Positions 27,601 through 36,226 of a stretch of 64,000 bases of DNA are shown here, piece by piece. The DNA is from Candidatus Sumerlaeales bacterium. GTDB lineage: Bacteria > Sumerlaeota > Sumerlaeia > Sumerlaeales > Sumerlaeaceae. The notes below the pieces were generated by a model. The model did not search any database, was not told where the DNA came from, and worked only from the letters and a program-made list of their open reading frames with translations. The position numbers were made by a program, and so were the translations under genes. The stretch is taken from NCBI GenBank assembly GCA_038243585.1, contig JBBSQY010000006.1, positions 12,840 to 76,839 on the forward strand. The letters run 5' to 3'. The stretch's first letter is position 1. Each line of letters opens with the position of its first letter.

Positions 27601-28902
27601 ATGCGATTATCTAATTTTTCATACATGGTTGCGACCAACCTTACAGAAAAGAAATGGCGCACGCTGTTTGCCGTGCTTGTAATTGCGTTTGCCACAGCTG
27701 TCGCACTGGCTGTGACGGCGGTTAGTAGCGGTATGCTGCGCGGGCTGCAGGCCCGAGCGGCAGATATGTTCCCCCCAACGGTAATTATGGTCAAGCCTAA
27801 GACAGTGGCGCTGGCAATGCTTTCGTTTAATTCTGCCGTCATTGATGAACCAGCTGTTGCTAAAATCCGGGCTTTGCCCGGAGTTAGCCATGTTGAACCA
27901 CAGTTAAGCCTGAGGGTTCCGCTGCGAATGGAAGTAGAAATTGCAGGCCAGTACGCAGTGACAGACGCCGTGGTGATTGGCGTGGACCCGTCTACATTAA
28001 AGAATAGTGTTGCCAAAGGCATGACCTTCGAGTATGACGATTCAAGCAGTCAACCCATACCCTGCGTTGTTCCAAAGCTGTTGCTGGATATGTATAATCT
28101 GGCGTATGCCGACAGCATCGGATTTCCTAAAATCAATGAGGATTTTCTGATAGGAAAACGCTTCACCATGGTGCTGGGGCAGACTTACTTGGCCGGCGGC
28201 GGCGCCAACGGCAAGCAGGACAAAATATTGTGCAGGGTAGTTGGCCTGGTCTCAGACGCTTCTTTAGTACCCGGAGTCTATATACCGATTGAGTATGCCC
28301 GGCGTTTGAACTTCTGGTACACTGGAAATATTGATCAGCCTTATACGGCACTTCGAGTGATAATTAAGCGGCCCGATCAGGTTGACACCGTAAGCAAGAG
28401 CCTTTCAGATATGGGGCTTATGGCAGAAGGAAACCGTTGGGCCTACGATTCTATTACTTTTGCGACTAAAGCGGGGGCAGTGGTTCTCTATGCTTTTGCA
28501 TTTCTAATTCTATTAGTTACGTCGTTTAGTATATTAAATCTTTTCAGCCTCATCATGGCGCACCGAACCGGCGAAATACGCTTGCTGACGGCTGTTGGCG
28601 GAACGAAAGCGACCCTGCGATGGTTGTATTTTGCTGAGGCAGTGGCCATCGCGTTGGGCGGACTGATCATCGGTGGGAGCGTAGTCTTTTTTGGCTTAAA
28701 TCAGATTGAATTGCAAATTCGCAGGCGTCTGGAAGCCTTGAATATGGCAAATCTCAGCGTATTGCCAGAGCACATTTTTGCCTTTGATTTTCTGCCTGTC
28801 ACAGTTGTTGTAGTTGTAGTGATGATAATGTCTGTTGCCGCTCCGCTGGTAATTACCTGGAGAACTACTGGAAAACAAGTGGCTGGTTCAGGGCAGGCCT
28901 AG
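27601..28902 (+). CDS. FtsX/MacB-type ABC transporter permease (no ATPase gene nearby)
   Basis: N-terminal TM, a ~250-aa extracytoplasmic domain, then three C-terminal TMs with an FtsX-like core (ILNLFSLIMAHRTGEIRLLTAVGGTKATL). ATG at 27601 is preferred over the ORF-track start. Confidence 0.7.
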   Translation: MRLSNFSYMVATNLTEKKWRTLFAVLVIAFATAVALAVTAVSSGMLRGLQARAADMFPPTVIMVKPKTVALAMLSFNSAVIDEPAVAKIRALPGVSHVEPQLSLRVPLRMEVEIAGQYAVTDAVVIGVDPSTLKNSVAKGMTFEYDDSSSQPIPCVVPKLLLDMYNLAYADSIGFPKINEDFLIGKRFTMVLGQTYLAGGGANGKQDKILCRVVGLVSDASLVPGVYIPIEYARRLNFWYTGNIDQPYTALRVIIKRPDQVDTVSKSLSDMGLMAEGNRWAYDSITFATKAGAVVLYAFAFLILLVTSFSILNLFSLIMAHRTGEIRLLTAVGGTKATLRWLYFAEAVAIALGGLIIGGSVVFFGLNQIELQIRRRLEALNMANLSVLPEHIFAFDFLPVTVVVVVVMIMSVAAPLVITWRTTGKQVAGSGQA

Positions 28903-28922
28903 GCTACTGGGAAGGTAATTTA

Positions 28923-29312
28923 GTGATGCAAACTACTAAAAACACGTCGGGAACGGCAGGTAGCCTTTATTTAGGTCGTGTAAATAATGCTTTTGCCATT
29001 GTTGAACTATTGCTTGTGGTAATCGTAATTGCCCTTCTTTCCGGCTGGTATTTCAGAGACGGAAACAATCCACACCAGGAAGCCGCAAGCCAGTACAAGC
29101 AGAGCATGGATCGAAGCAAATCCACGGCGTGTATCGCCGGGCGATCCGCTATGCGATCTGTGGTGCTGACTCACACAATGCAAAATCCAGGACAACCAGT
29201 CACCACAGAGGCCTTAAAAGCAGCGGGTGTAAATATGAACATCTGTCCCGAGGGCGGCGTTATAACTGTGACAGCGGACGGAAGTCTTCTTTGCTCAATT
29301 CACCAGCCATGA
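28923..29312 (+). CDS. Pseudopilin-like protein (prepilin-type N-terminal cleavage/methylation-like signal)
   Basis: Charged leader, then FAIVELLLVVIVIALL with Glu at +5. The -1 residue is Ala rather than Gly. Small C-terminal domain with a Cys pair (CPEGG...C). Confidence 0.5.
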   Translation: MMQTTKNTSGTAGSLYLGRVNNAFAIVELLLVVIVIALLSGWYFRDGNNPHQEAASQYKQSMDRSKSTACIAGRSAMRSVVLTHTMQNPGQPVTTEALKAAGVNMNICPEGGVITVTADGSLLCSIHQP

Positions 29313-29360
29313 GTGCTTTTTTTATTGCCCAAGATTGCGAAAAGGATAAGACTTTGTGTC

Positions 29361-29912
29361 ATGTTAAATAAATTAAGCCCTTTTTTGAGAAAACCTGTCG
29401 GAGTCATTGCCGTTTCATTCGGGTTATTTCCGTTCTCCGCTCCCAAGCAGCAACCTGTAGTATTTAACTTCGATCAAACTATTAATTTATTTCAACCGGG
29501 TCCGAAGTGGCCGGTTGAAAAGCTTTTGAAACCAGCCGAGAAGCAGGTATACGAACAGTACGGGAAACCGGATTACTTCCGAATTTTGTGGAACAGCACA
29601 GGGGAAATCAAAGTCAGATCCATACTCGAGCAGGAGTGGAAGAGTACGGGTCCCAAAAACCTTCCGCCTTCCTCCTGGGTTTACCTACAGCGTAATGAAG
29701 AGATCATCTTTGTAAATGATAGCTTCCGTACGCAGCCACTAACTGCCGCAGTGCAACTTATTGTTAAGATGGGTGACCCTGAACTGGTAAAAGATATGGG
29801 TTCCGGCATGGCGCAATGGACGTATTACAGCACAGGGAAAATGTATACTGTTTCTGAAGGCAAAGTAGCAGAAACAAGAAGCTTTCCGCCAATGGGCAGC
29901 TATCATAAGTAA
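29361..29912 (+). CDS. Hypothetical protein (N-terminal hydrophobic segment)
   Basis: ORF with an ATG at 29361; the ORF-track GTG at 29313 is also possible. I recognised no family. Confidence 0.45.
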   Translation: MLNKLSPFLRKPVGVIAVSFGLFPFSAPKQQPVVFNFDQTINLFQPGPKWPVEKLLKPAEKQVYEQYGKPDYFRILWNSTGEIKVRSILEQEWKSTGPKNLPPSSWVYLQRNEEIIFVNDSFRTQPLTAAVQLIVKMGDPELVKDMGSGMAQWTYYSTGKMYTVSEGKVAETRSFPPMGSYHK

Positions 29913-29982
29913 TTATGAAATAGAGCATTTAGGTCAAGAGCAGCCAGATAATAGCAATCGGCCTCTGTTTTTCGCCTTAAAA

Positions 29983-30555
29983 TTGCCCTCAGAGGTGAAG
30001 ATGCAGCTCGCCGATCTTCAGGCTCGCCTTAAAATCGGTTGTCGTTTTGTGGATGCTCATCCGAAGTGGGTTGAAACAGACAACCTGCATTTGACTTTGT
30101 TGTTTATCGGAAATATAAATAAAACTAGAATAGCCGAATTAGCCGAAATTGCTGACGGGGTTGCCGCAGAAATGGACCCGTTTGACGTGGTGGTCGCCAG
30201 GCTAGGTTTGTTTCCTGCCGATAGCAAGGAACCGAAGGTTTTGTCGATAGACGTTAGAGGTATGGACAAGAGTTTGCAGCGGCTGCATGCTCGGCTGCAC
30301 GATGCACTTTCTCAGCGTGAATTTGACTTGGAAAGACGGCCTTATAAGCCCCATCTAACCCTCGCCAGAATCACCAGTATCAAAACCGGCTCCCGCCTTG
30401 CCCCGCTAGCGGCTTCACACGCCAACAAGCTCCAGACGAAATTTACAGCTAGCGAAGTGGTTCTCTTTGAAAGCCAGTTGCAAGCCGAAGGGTCTACCTA
30501 TAACGACTTGCACACATCAAAATTTACTAGTAGCTCCGCAACACACGCGGGTTGA
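29983..30555 (+). CDS. thpR: RNA 2',3'-cyclic phosphodiesterase (2H superfamily, ThpR/LigT-like); 5' boundary uncertain
   Basis: Two H-x-T-x motifs (HLTLLFIG and HLTLARI). The conserved N-terminal strand LFFAL is encoded upstream of the first canonical start codon (see findings). Confidence 0.75.
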   Translation: MPSEVKMQLADLQARLKIGCRFVDAHPKWVETDNLHLTLLFIGNINKTRIAELAEIADGVAAEMDPFDVVVARLGLFPADSKEPKVLSIDVRGMDKSLQRLHARLHDALSQREFDLERRPYKPHLTLARITSIKTGSRLAPLAASHANKLQTKFTASEVVLFESQLQAEGSTYNDLHTSKFTSSSATHAG

Positions 30556-30590
30556 TTTAAAGTCTGCAGAGAATTGTAAGTAGGATTTTT

Positions 30591-31346
30591 ATGAAACAAT
30601 TTATTTATCTTTTTACCGCTATCATTTTAAATGGAAGTTGTTTTGCACAAGATACTCCACCTTCGATGAGCGCTGCGGAAGTTGCTAGAGATGTGGTGCA
30701 AAAAATTAACCGCATTTCAAGTTTCAGCGCCACTGTAGAGACTGGGGAAACGGAAGCAGCAAGCCCGGCCTTTAAAACCTCATCAGACTTGGTAGTGTCT
30801 CGTCTGTATGGCTGGAAACTGATTGCTGATGACGGGCCGGAACCCTATACGTTAATTACAGATTTCCAGTCGTTTTACCAGTATTTTCCCAAAGAGAAAA
30901 AGGTAATGAAAACGACAGCGGACGTTCCTGAGCTAAAGGCCATGCTAACAAAACCTGTTACGGATATGAACCCATTAAACCTTCTTGATCCCAAATCACT
31001 AGTATATAAAGGTAATGAAAAAGTGAACGGAGAGACTGTCTACCACATCGAAGGTACAACACAGTCCCAGCTGATGCCGGGCGGGCCGGAAATTAAAAGA
31101 TCATTGATAGCTTGGATTAGTGTCGAAGATGGTCTGCCGCGTAAGACTGTTGAGTCAGTCGGCACCTCTACCGGCACTACCGTGTACCAAAATGTAAAAG
31201 TTAACCCGCCGGTCTCACCGGCCGATTTTACGTTTACTCCTCCGCCGGGAACAGCGGTTATTGATACGAACGAGCAGATGCGTAAAATGCAACAAGAAGA
31301 TCGGCGCCCTTCAGCAGCCGAACCGTCGATTACACCTACCCCTTAA
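30591..31346 (+). CDS. LolA-like / outer-membrane lipoprotein-sorting-like secreted protein
   Basis: Signal peptide (LNGSCFAQ), with length and sequence pattern (NGETVYHIEGT, ...FTFTPPPGTAVID) typical of the LolA-fold family. Confidence 0.45.
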   Translation: MKQFIYLFTAIILNGSCFAQDTPPSMSAAEVARDVVQKINRISSFSATVETGETEAASPAFKTSSDLVVSRLYGWKLIADDGPEPYTLITDFQSFYQYFPKEKKVMKTTADVPELKAMLTKPVTDMNPLNLLDPKSLVYKGNEKVNGETVYHIEGTTQSQLMPGGPEIKRSLIAWISVEDGLPRKTVESVGTSTGTTVYQNVKVNPPVSPADFTFTPPPGTAVIDTNEQMRKMQQEDRRPSAAEPSITPTP

Positions 31347-31387
31347 GTTTTAAAACCTACTCTCTAACCTTTCCGTGGAGGAACGTT

Positions 31388-32350
31388 ATGCGTCTCGGAG
31401 TTTTTCTAGCGCTGTTTGGCAATCAGGATCTTGAAACTACATTGGATTTTGTTCAGAAAATCGGTCTTGATACTGTCGAGGTCGGGACGGGAAATTACCC
31501 GCCTGACACCCATTGCAAGCCGGCGGATCTTCTTGGAAACAAAGAAGCGCAGAAGCAGTTTCTTAGTAAATTCAAAAAACGCGGAATCATGATATCCGCC
31601 CTGTCTTGCCACGCCAATGCCATTCATCCCGATGAGGCGGTTGCGTCCGCCCATGCAAAAGTCCAGCGAGATACAATACAGCTTGCTGGTGAGCTTGGCA
31701 TCGAACGCGTTAACACCTTCAGCGGCTGTCCCGGCGGTGGTCCCGGCGATAAAACTCCGAACTGGGTAACTTGCCCATGGCCGGACGATTTTCTAAACAT
31801 TCTGGATTGGCAGTGGAACGAAGTCATTATTCCATTTTGGAAAAAGGAATCCACTTTCGCAAAAGAGCATGGCGTTAAAGTCGGACTGGAGATGCATCCT
31901 GGCTTTTCAGTTTATAATCCTGAAACCATGCTGCGCCTTCGCGCTGCTGCTGGCGATAATATTGGCTGCAACTTTGACCCATCGCACTTATTCTGGCAGG
32001 GGATGGATCCCATTGCTGCGCTTCGAGAACTTAAGGGTGCAATTTTCCATGTTCATGCCAAGGACGTTAACATTGATCCTATAAATACATCACGAAATGG
32101 CGTACTGGACACAAAACATTACGCGGACGAACTGAACCGGTCATGGATTTTCCGGACGGTCGGTTATGGTCACGATGAGTTGTTCTGGCGTAATTTCGTC
32201 AGCACCCTGAGGTTGATCGGTTATGACCACGCCATCAGCATCGAACATGAAGACAGCCTGATGAGTGTAAACGAGGGCCTGAGCAAAGCTGTAGAATTGT
32301 TGCGGCGGGTTTTGCTAACTGAAGAAACCGGCGAAATGTGGTGGGCTTAG
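31388..32350 (+). CDS. Sugar phosphate isomerase/epimerase (xylose-isomerase-like TIM barrel)
   Basis: Typical family blocks (VEVGTGNYP, GLEMHPG, FDPSHLFWQGMDP, HVHAKD, ISIEHED). Confidence 0.8.
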   Translation: MRLGVFLALFGNQDLETTLDFVQKIGLDTVEVGTGNYPPDTHCKPADLLGNKEAQKQFLSKFKKRGIMISALSCHANAIHPDEAVASAHAKVQRDTIQLAGELGIERVNTFSGCPGGGPGDKTPNWVTCPWPDDFLNILDWQWNEVIIPFWKKESTFAKEHGVKVGLEMHPGFSVYNPETMLRLRAAAGDNIGCNFDPSHLFWQGMDPIAALRELKGAIFHVHAKDVNIDPINTSRNGVLDTKHYADELNRSWIFRTVGYGHDELFWRNFVSTLRLIGYDHAISIEHEDSLMSVNEGLSKAVELLRRVLLTEETGEMWWA

Positions 32351-32772
32351 CCCAATGCCTTCAATTTTTAGTGATACTTACAACCTTGGCACTTTCTTTC
32401 GCCGGGTGCAAAGGGAAAGACTGGCGCCACCATAATGGGTATGTTATTGTCGCCGATTATGGTGACAGGCATGCCGTCATTCACGACGATCCAACTGGTT
32501 ATCGGGGAGATTTTATAGTCGGGCCAAGGATTACCCACTGGAATACCTATGATGAGTATCTTCTTGTTTATAAAGTGCCAAATCCAAAAAATGATTTAAA
32601 CGTGCCTTGGGCAGCGGAGACAGGCTACGCTATAATTAACACATTCGACGGCAGCACAACTTTCTCGGAAATGCGCGAGAATTATAAATACATGGCCGTG
32701 ATTCAATTAGGAATTCCGGAAGCTGAAACGGTGTTACATTCCATTTATCCCAGCATTAAAACCAAAAGATAA
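32338..32772 (+). CDS. Hypothetical lipoprotein
   Basis: Signal peptide ending in the lipobox-like LSFAGC. I recognised no family. Confidence 0.45.
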   Translation: MVGLAQCLQFLVILTTLALSFAGCKGKDWRHHNGYVIVADYGDRHAVIHDDPTGYRGDFIVGPRITHWNTYDEYLLVYKVPNPKNDLNVPWAAETGYAIINTFDGSTTFSEMRENYKYMAVIQLGIPEAETVLHSIYPSIKTKR

Positions 32773-32840
32773 ATTGTTTCTAACGGCATTTGGCCCTGTC
32801 GCGGGGCTTTGGTATTTTATAGCAAAACGATGAACGGAAA

Positions 32841-33854
32841 CTACAACAAATCCGTCTGTCGCGGCGGCTCGGCTACATTCAGATGCTCATAGCAAGCTGA
32901 AGTTGCCAGTCGGCCCCGCGGGGTTCGCTGCACAAAGCCTATCTGAATTAGAAAAGGCTCGATCATATCCTCGATGGTGTCCTGATCCTCGCCGATGGCG
33001 ACCGCTACGTTGTTCAGTCCCACCGGCCCGCCATTAAACTTTCTGATAATTGTCGTCAGGTAAAACTTATCCATCATGTCCAAGCCCAAGTGGTCAATGT
33101 CCAGCAGGTCCATGGCTGCCCCAGCTGTTTCAAGGGTTATGCTGCCATTAGAACGCACCTGTGCATAATCCCGCGCCCGCCGTAGGATTCGGTTGGCAAT
33201 ACGAGGCGTGCCGCGGGAACGCTTCGCGATTTCCACACAGCCTTCGTTGTCGATGGGCACCTTGAGAATTCCCGACGACCGGCGGACAATGGTTTCCATT
33301 TCTTCCTGCGAGTAAAAGTGGAGACGTTCAGAAATCCCAAACCTGCTGCGCAAAGGGGCCGTTACCATACCAGCTCTCGTTGTCGCGCCCACAAGCGTGA
33401 ATGCGGGCAAATCCAACTTAATGGATTTGGCGTGGGGCCCTTCGCCTATGAGGATATCAATTTTGAAGTCTTCCATGGCCTGGTAGAGGCACTCTTCCAC
33501 AATTCGGTTCAACCTGTGTATTTCATCGATAAAAAGAACGTCACCGGCCTTTAAATCCGTAAGCAGGGCGGCAAGATCATCCTTTCTTTCTATGATCGGG
33601 CCGCTTGTGCTTTTCAGCTCACCACCCATTTCATTGGCGATAATAACCGAAAGCGTCGTTTTCCCAAGTCCAGGTGGACCATAAAGCAGACAATGATCCA
33701 GCGGCTCGCTGCGCTGCCTGGCAGCCTGAATGAAAAGGCGCAGTTTTTCTATGACCCGCGATTGTCCGACAAACTCGGATGTCGTCTGCGGCCGCAGAGT
33801 TGTTTCTTCGCGCTCTTCATGTTCATCGCGCAACGGAGAAATAATGTTGTTCAC
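32841..33854 (-). CDS. ruvB: Holliday junction branch migration helicase RuvB
   Basis: Walker [10 protein letters not shown], Walker [10 protein letters not shown], sensor and winged-helix C-terminus. Full-length RuvB pattern. Confidence 0.95.
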   Translation of the reverse strand: MNNIISPLRDEHEEREETTLRPQTTSEFVGQSRVIEKLRLFIQAARQRSEPLDHCLLYGPPGLGKTTLSVIIANEMGGELKSTSGPIIERKDDLAALLTDLKAGDVLFIDEIHRLNRIVEECLYQAMEDFKIDILIGEGPHAKSIKLDLPAFTLVGATTRAGMVTAPLRSRFGISERLHFYSQEEMETIVRRSSGILKVPIDNEGCVEIAKRSRGTPRIANRILRRARDYAQVRSNGSITLETAGAAMDLLDIDHLGLDMMDKFYLTTIIRKFNGGPVGLNNVAVAIGEDQDTIEDMIEPFLIQIGFVQRTPRGRLATSACYEHLNVAEPPRQTDLL

Positions 33855-34011
33855 TCTGAATTGTTAGCCATTTAACGAAGCACATATGCTAGAACAAAAT
33901 AACTAGTTCTGCAAAAATTTCCTTTTTTTTGACCAATTGCTCCATAAAGTGCGTAACCAGTTTTTCTTCGCGGTAGTATGCGTCATTGATTTCGCAGGAG
34001 GTAAATCCATC

Positions 34012-35229
34012 GTGTCGTTGAAAACCGACTTATGTAAAGAGACCGCATCCGAGTGCGTATTTCCCAATTATGGGATACGAAATATTGTGCTTACCGGAGG
34101 TAAAGGCACACGCGTATGGGACTCAGACGGGCGCGAATACCTGGATTTCCTTGCCGGAATTAGTGTGAACAACCTTGGACACTGCCCAGACAGAGTAATC
34201 GAGGCAATTCGTGCTCAAGTGGGGGAGCTTATGCATTGCTCCAACCTTTACTTGGTGCCGCAACAGGTTGAACTGGCGCAGCGCTTATGCGAACTATGTT
34301 TTGCTGATAAAGCGTTTTTTGCTAACAGCGGTGCAGAAGTGAATGAGGGAGCAATCAAGCTAGCTCGGCTTTACTCTAAGGCGAAATTCGGGGAAAACCG
34401 TTACGAAATCATCACTTTGCGAAATTCGTTTCATGGTCGCACATTGGCTACGCTGACCGCCACCGGACAGGATAAAATTCAAAAAGGCTTCGAGCCGCTT
34501 CCGGTTGGCTTCAGATATGGAATTTTTAACGATTTGGAATCTGTACGGGCCTTAGTGACTGACCTTACTTGTGCCGTAATGATTGAGCCAGTGCAGGGTG
34601 AAGGGGGAGTGACAGCCGCCTCTCCTGAATTTATTAACGGCCTCCGAGAGCTTTGTGATACTCATAATCTACTGTTGATATTTGACGAAATCCAATGCGG
34701 CATGGCTCGATCCGGAAAAATGTTCGCGCATCAGGTATACGGCGTCGAGCCAGACATCATGACGTTGGCGAAAGCTCTTGGCAACGGTTTGCCCATTGGC
34801 GCAATGCTGGCGCGCAGGGAGGTTGCCGACGTAATGCAGCCCGGCACTCACGGCTCCACTTTTGGCGGCGGGCCTGTGGCCTGTGCGGCGGCGCTGGCGG
34901 TTCTTGATGAAATGCGAGACTCTGCAATTCCTGAACGAGCAGCAAAAATGGGCGATTATCTGCGTTCAGGCATTGAAAACGCTCTACGCGGGCTTCCCGT
35001 CTTCAAGGGATTGCGCGGACTGGGTCTGATGGTAGGTATTGAATTGGCCTGCGAAGGTGCCGAGATAGTAAAAAAATGCCAGGAACATGGCGTTCTCATT
35101 AACTGCACTATGGGAAATGTTTTAAGATTACTTCCCCCACTAACAGTTACAGAAGAAGAATGCGACCAGGTGAGCGATCTCCTCGCCTTGATTATCGCGG
35201 ACCATGCCTTCAGTGCGCACCCTGTTTAG
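34012..35229 (+). CDS. argD: Acetylornithine aminotransferase (class III PLP)
   Basis: Blocks GKGTRVWDSDGREYLDF, NSGAEVNEGAIKLAR, FDEIQCGMARSGK and TLAKALGNGLPIG. A GTG at 34012 lies 10 nt after AGGAGG and is preferred over the longer ORF-track start at 33937. Confidence 0.9.
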   Translation: MSLKTDLCKETASECVFPNYGIRNIVLTGGKGTRVWDSDGREYLDFLAGISVNNLGHCPDRVIEAIRAQVGELMHCSNLYLVPQQVELAQRLCELCFADKAFFANSGAEVNEGAIKLARLYSKAKFGENRYEIITLRNSFHGRTLATLTATGQDKIQKGFEPLPVGFRYGIFNDLESVRALVTDLTCAVMIEPVQGEGGVTAASPEFINGLRELCDTHNLLLIFDEIQCGMARSGKMFAHQVYGVEPDIMTLAKALGNGLPIGAMLARREVADVMQPGTHGSTFGGGPVACAAALAVLDEMRDSAIPERAAKMGDYLRSGIENALRGLPVFKGLRGLGLMVGIELACEGAEIVKKCQEHGVLINCTMGNVLRLLPPLTVTEEECDQVSDLLALIIADHAFSAHPV

Positions 35230-35244
35230 AAAAGGACAAGCCGT

Positions 35245-36177
35245 ATGAAAGATCTTATAAGGACGTCAGATTTTGATCGGGACACAGTTGAGCGTGTAAT
35301 GAACGTGGCTGTCCGGGTGAAGGAGCGAACGCATCGGCGAGAGATTTGTGACGTACTGCAAGGTTATTCCGCCGCACTCATATTTCAAAAGCCCTCGCTG
35401 CGCACTCGAGTTACTTTTGACGTGGGAATAAAGCAACTGGGCGGGCACAGCGTCTATCTCGGGCCGTCTGAAATCAGCATGGGTGTGCGCGAAACAGTCT
35501 ATGATGTAGCCAGAAATCTCGAGCGCTGGGTCGATCTGATTGTAGCGCGAGTGTTTTCGCAGGATCATGTGGCGGAGTTGGCGCAGGTTGCTAAGCCCCC
35601 CGTCATAAATGCGCTGAGTAACACTGAACACCCTTGCCAGATCTTTGCCGACTTTCTTACCTTGAAGGAAAAAGGGCTGCGCTGGGATGAAATTCGCCTG
35701 GCCTACCTTGGAGACGGAAATAATGTGTGTGTCTCATTAATGCTGCTTAGTGCAGTTTTGGGTGCGGAAATACGTGTTGGAAGTCCCAAAAGATATTGGC
35801 CACAGAAGCACATTATAGACGAATTCAACGCTTTAGCAGCCAAATCCGGCGCGAAGCTTATTCTGACGGACGATCCCATAGAAGCTGCACGTGGAGCCAA
35901 TGCGGTCTATACAGATATATGGGCAAGCATGGGATGGGAAAACGAAGCGGCTGAACGAAGCGCTATTCTCCGTCCGTACCAGCTTAACGCCACCGTAATG
36001 AAAGAGGCTGAAACTGGAGCTTTCGTAATGCATGATCTGCCAGCTCACCGTGGGGAAGAAATTACGGACGACGTAATGGATGGCCCTAATTCCATCGTAT
36101 TTGATCAGGCAGAAAACCGGCTTCATGCGCAAAAAGCAATAATCCTCGAGTGTCTTGGTCTGTCCGATAAAGTATAA
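35245..36177 (+). CDS. argF: Ornithine carbamoyltransferase-family enzyme (variant CP/ornithine motifs)
   Basis: HPCQ and DIWASMG motifs and overall OTCase length. SLRTR stands in place of STRTR and HDLP in place of HCLP. Adjacent to argD. Confidence 0.8.
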   Translation: MKDLIRTSDFDRDTVERVMNVAVRVKERTHRREICDVLQGYSAALIFQKPSLRTRVTFDVGIKQLGGHSVYLGPSEISMGVRETVYDVARNLERWVDLIVARVFSQDHVAELAQVAKPPVINALSNTEHPCQIFADFLTLKEKGLRWDEIRLAYLGDGNNVCVSLMLLSAVLGAEIRVGSPKRYWPQKHIIDEFNALAAKSGAKLILTDDPIEAARGANAVYTDIWASMGWENEAAERSAILRPYQLNATVMKEAETGAFVMHDLPAHRGEEITDDVMDGPNSIVFDQAENRLHAQKAIILECLGLSDKV

Positions 36178-36226
36178 TAGCCTTCAAATTAACAATTGTG
36201 ATCCGAAACCATTGGAAGGAATCTAA

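Noticed and set aside
27534-28022. 162-aa minus-strand ORF overlapping the 5' part of the FtsX-like gene
   Set aside because: It is antisense to a CDS with clear FtsX/MacB topology. It would also overlap the LuxE-like gene start, and it has no family resemblance.
33855-34011. ArgR (ARG box) operator upstream of argD
   Set aside because: Only an isolated TGAAT half-site is visible near 33857-33866. There is no 18-bp palindromic TNTGAATWWWWATTCANW pair.
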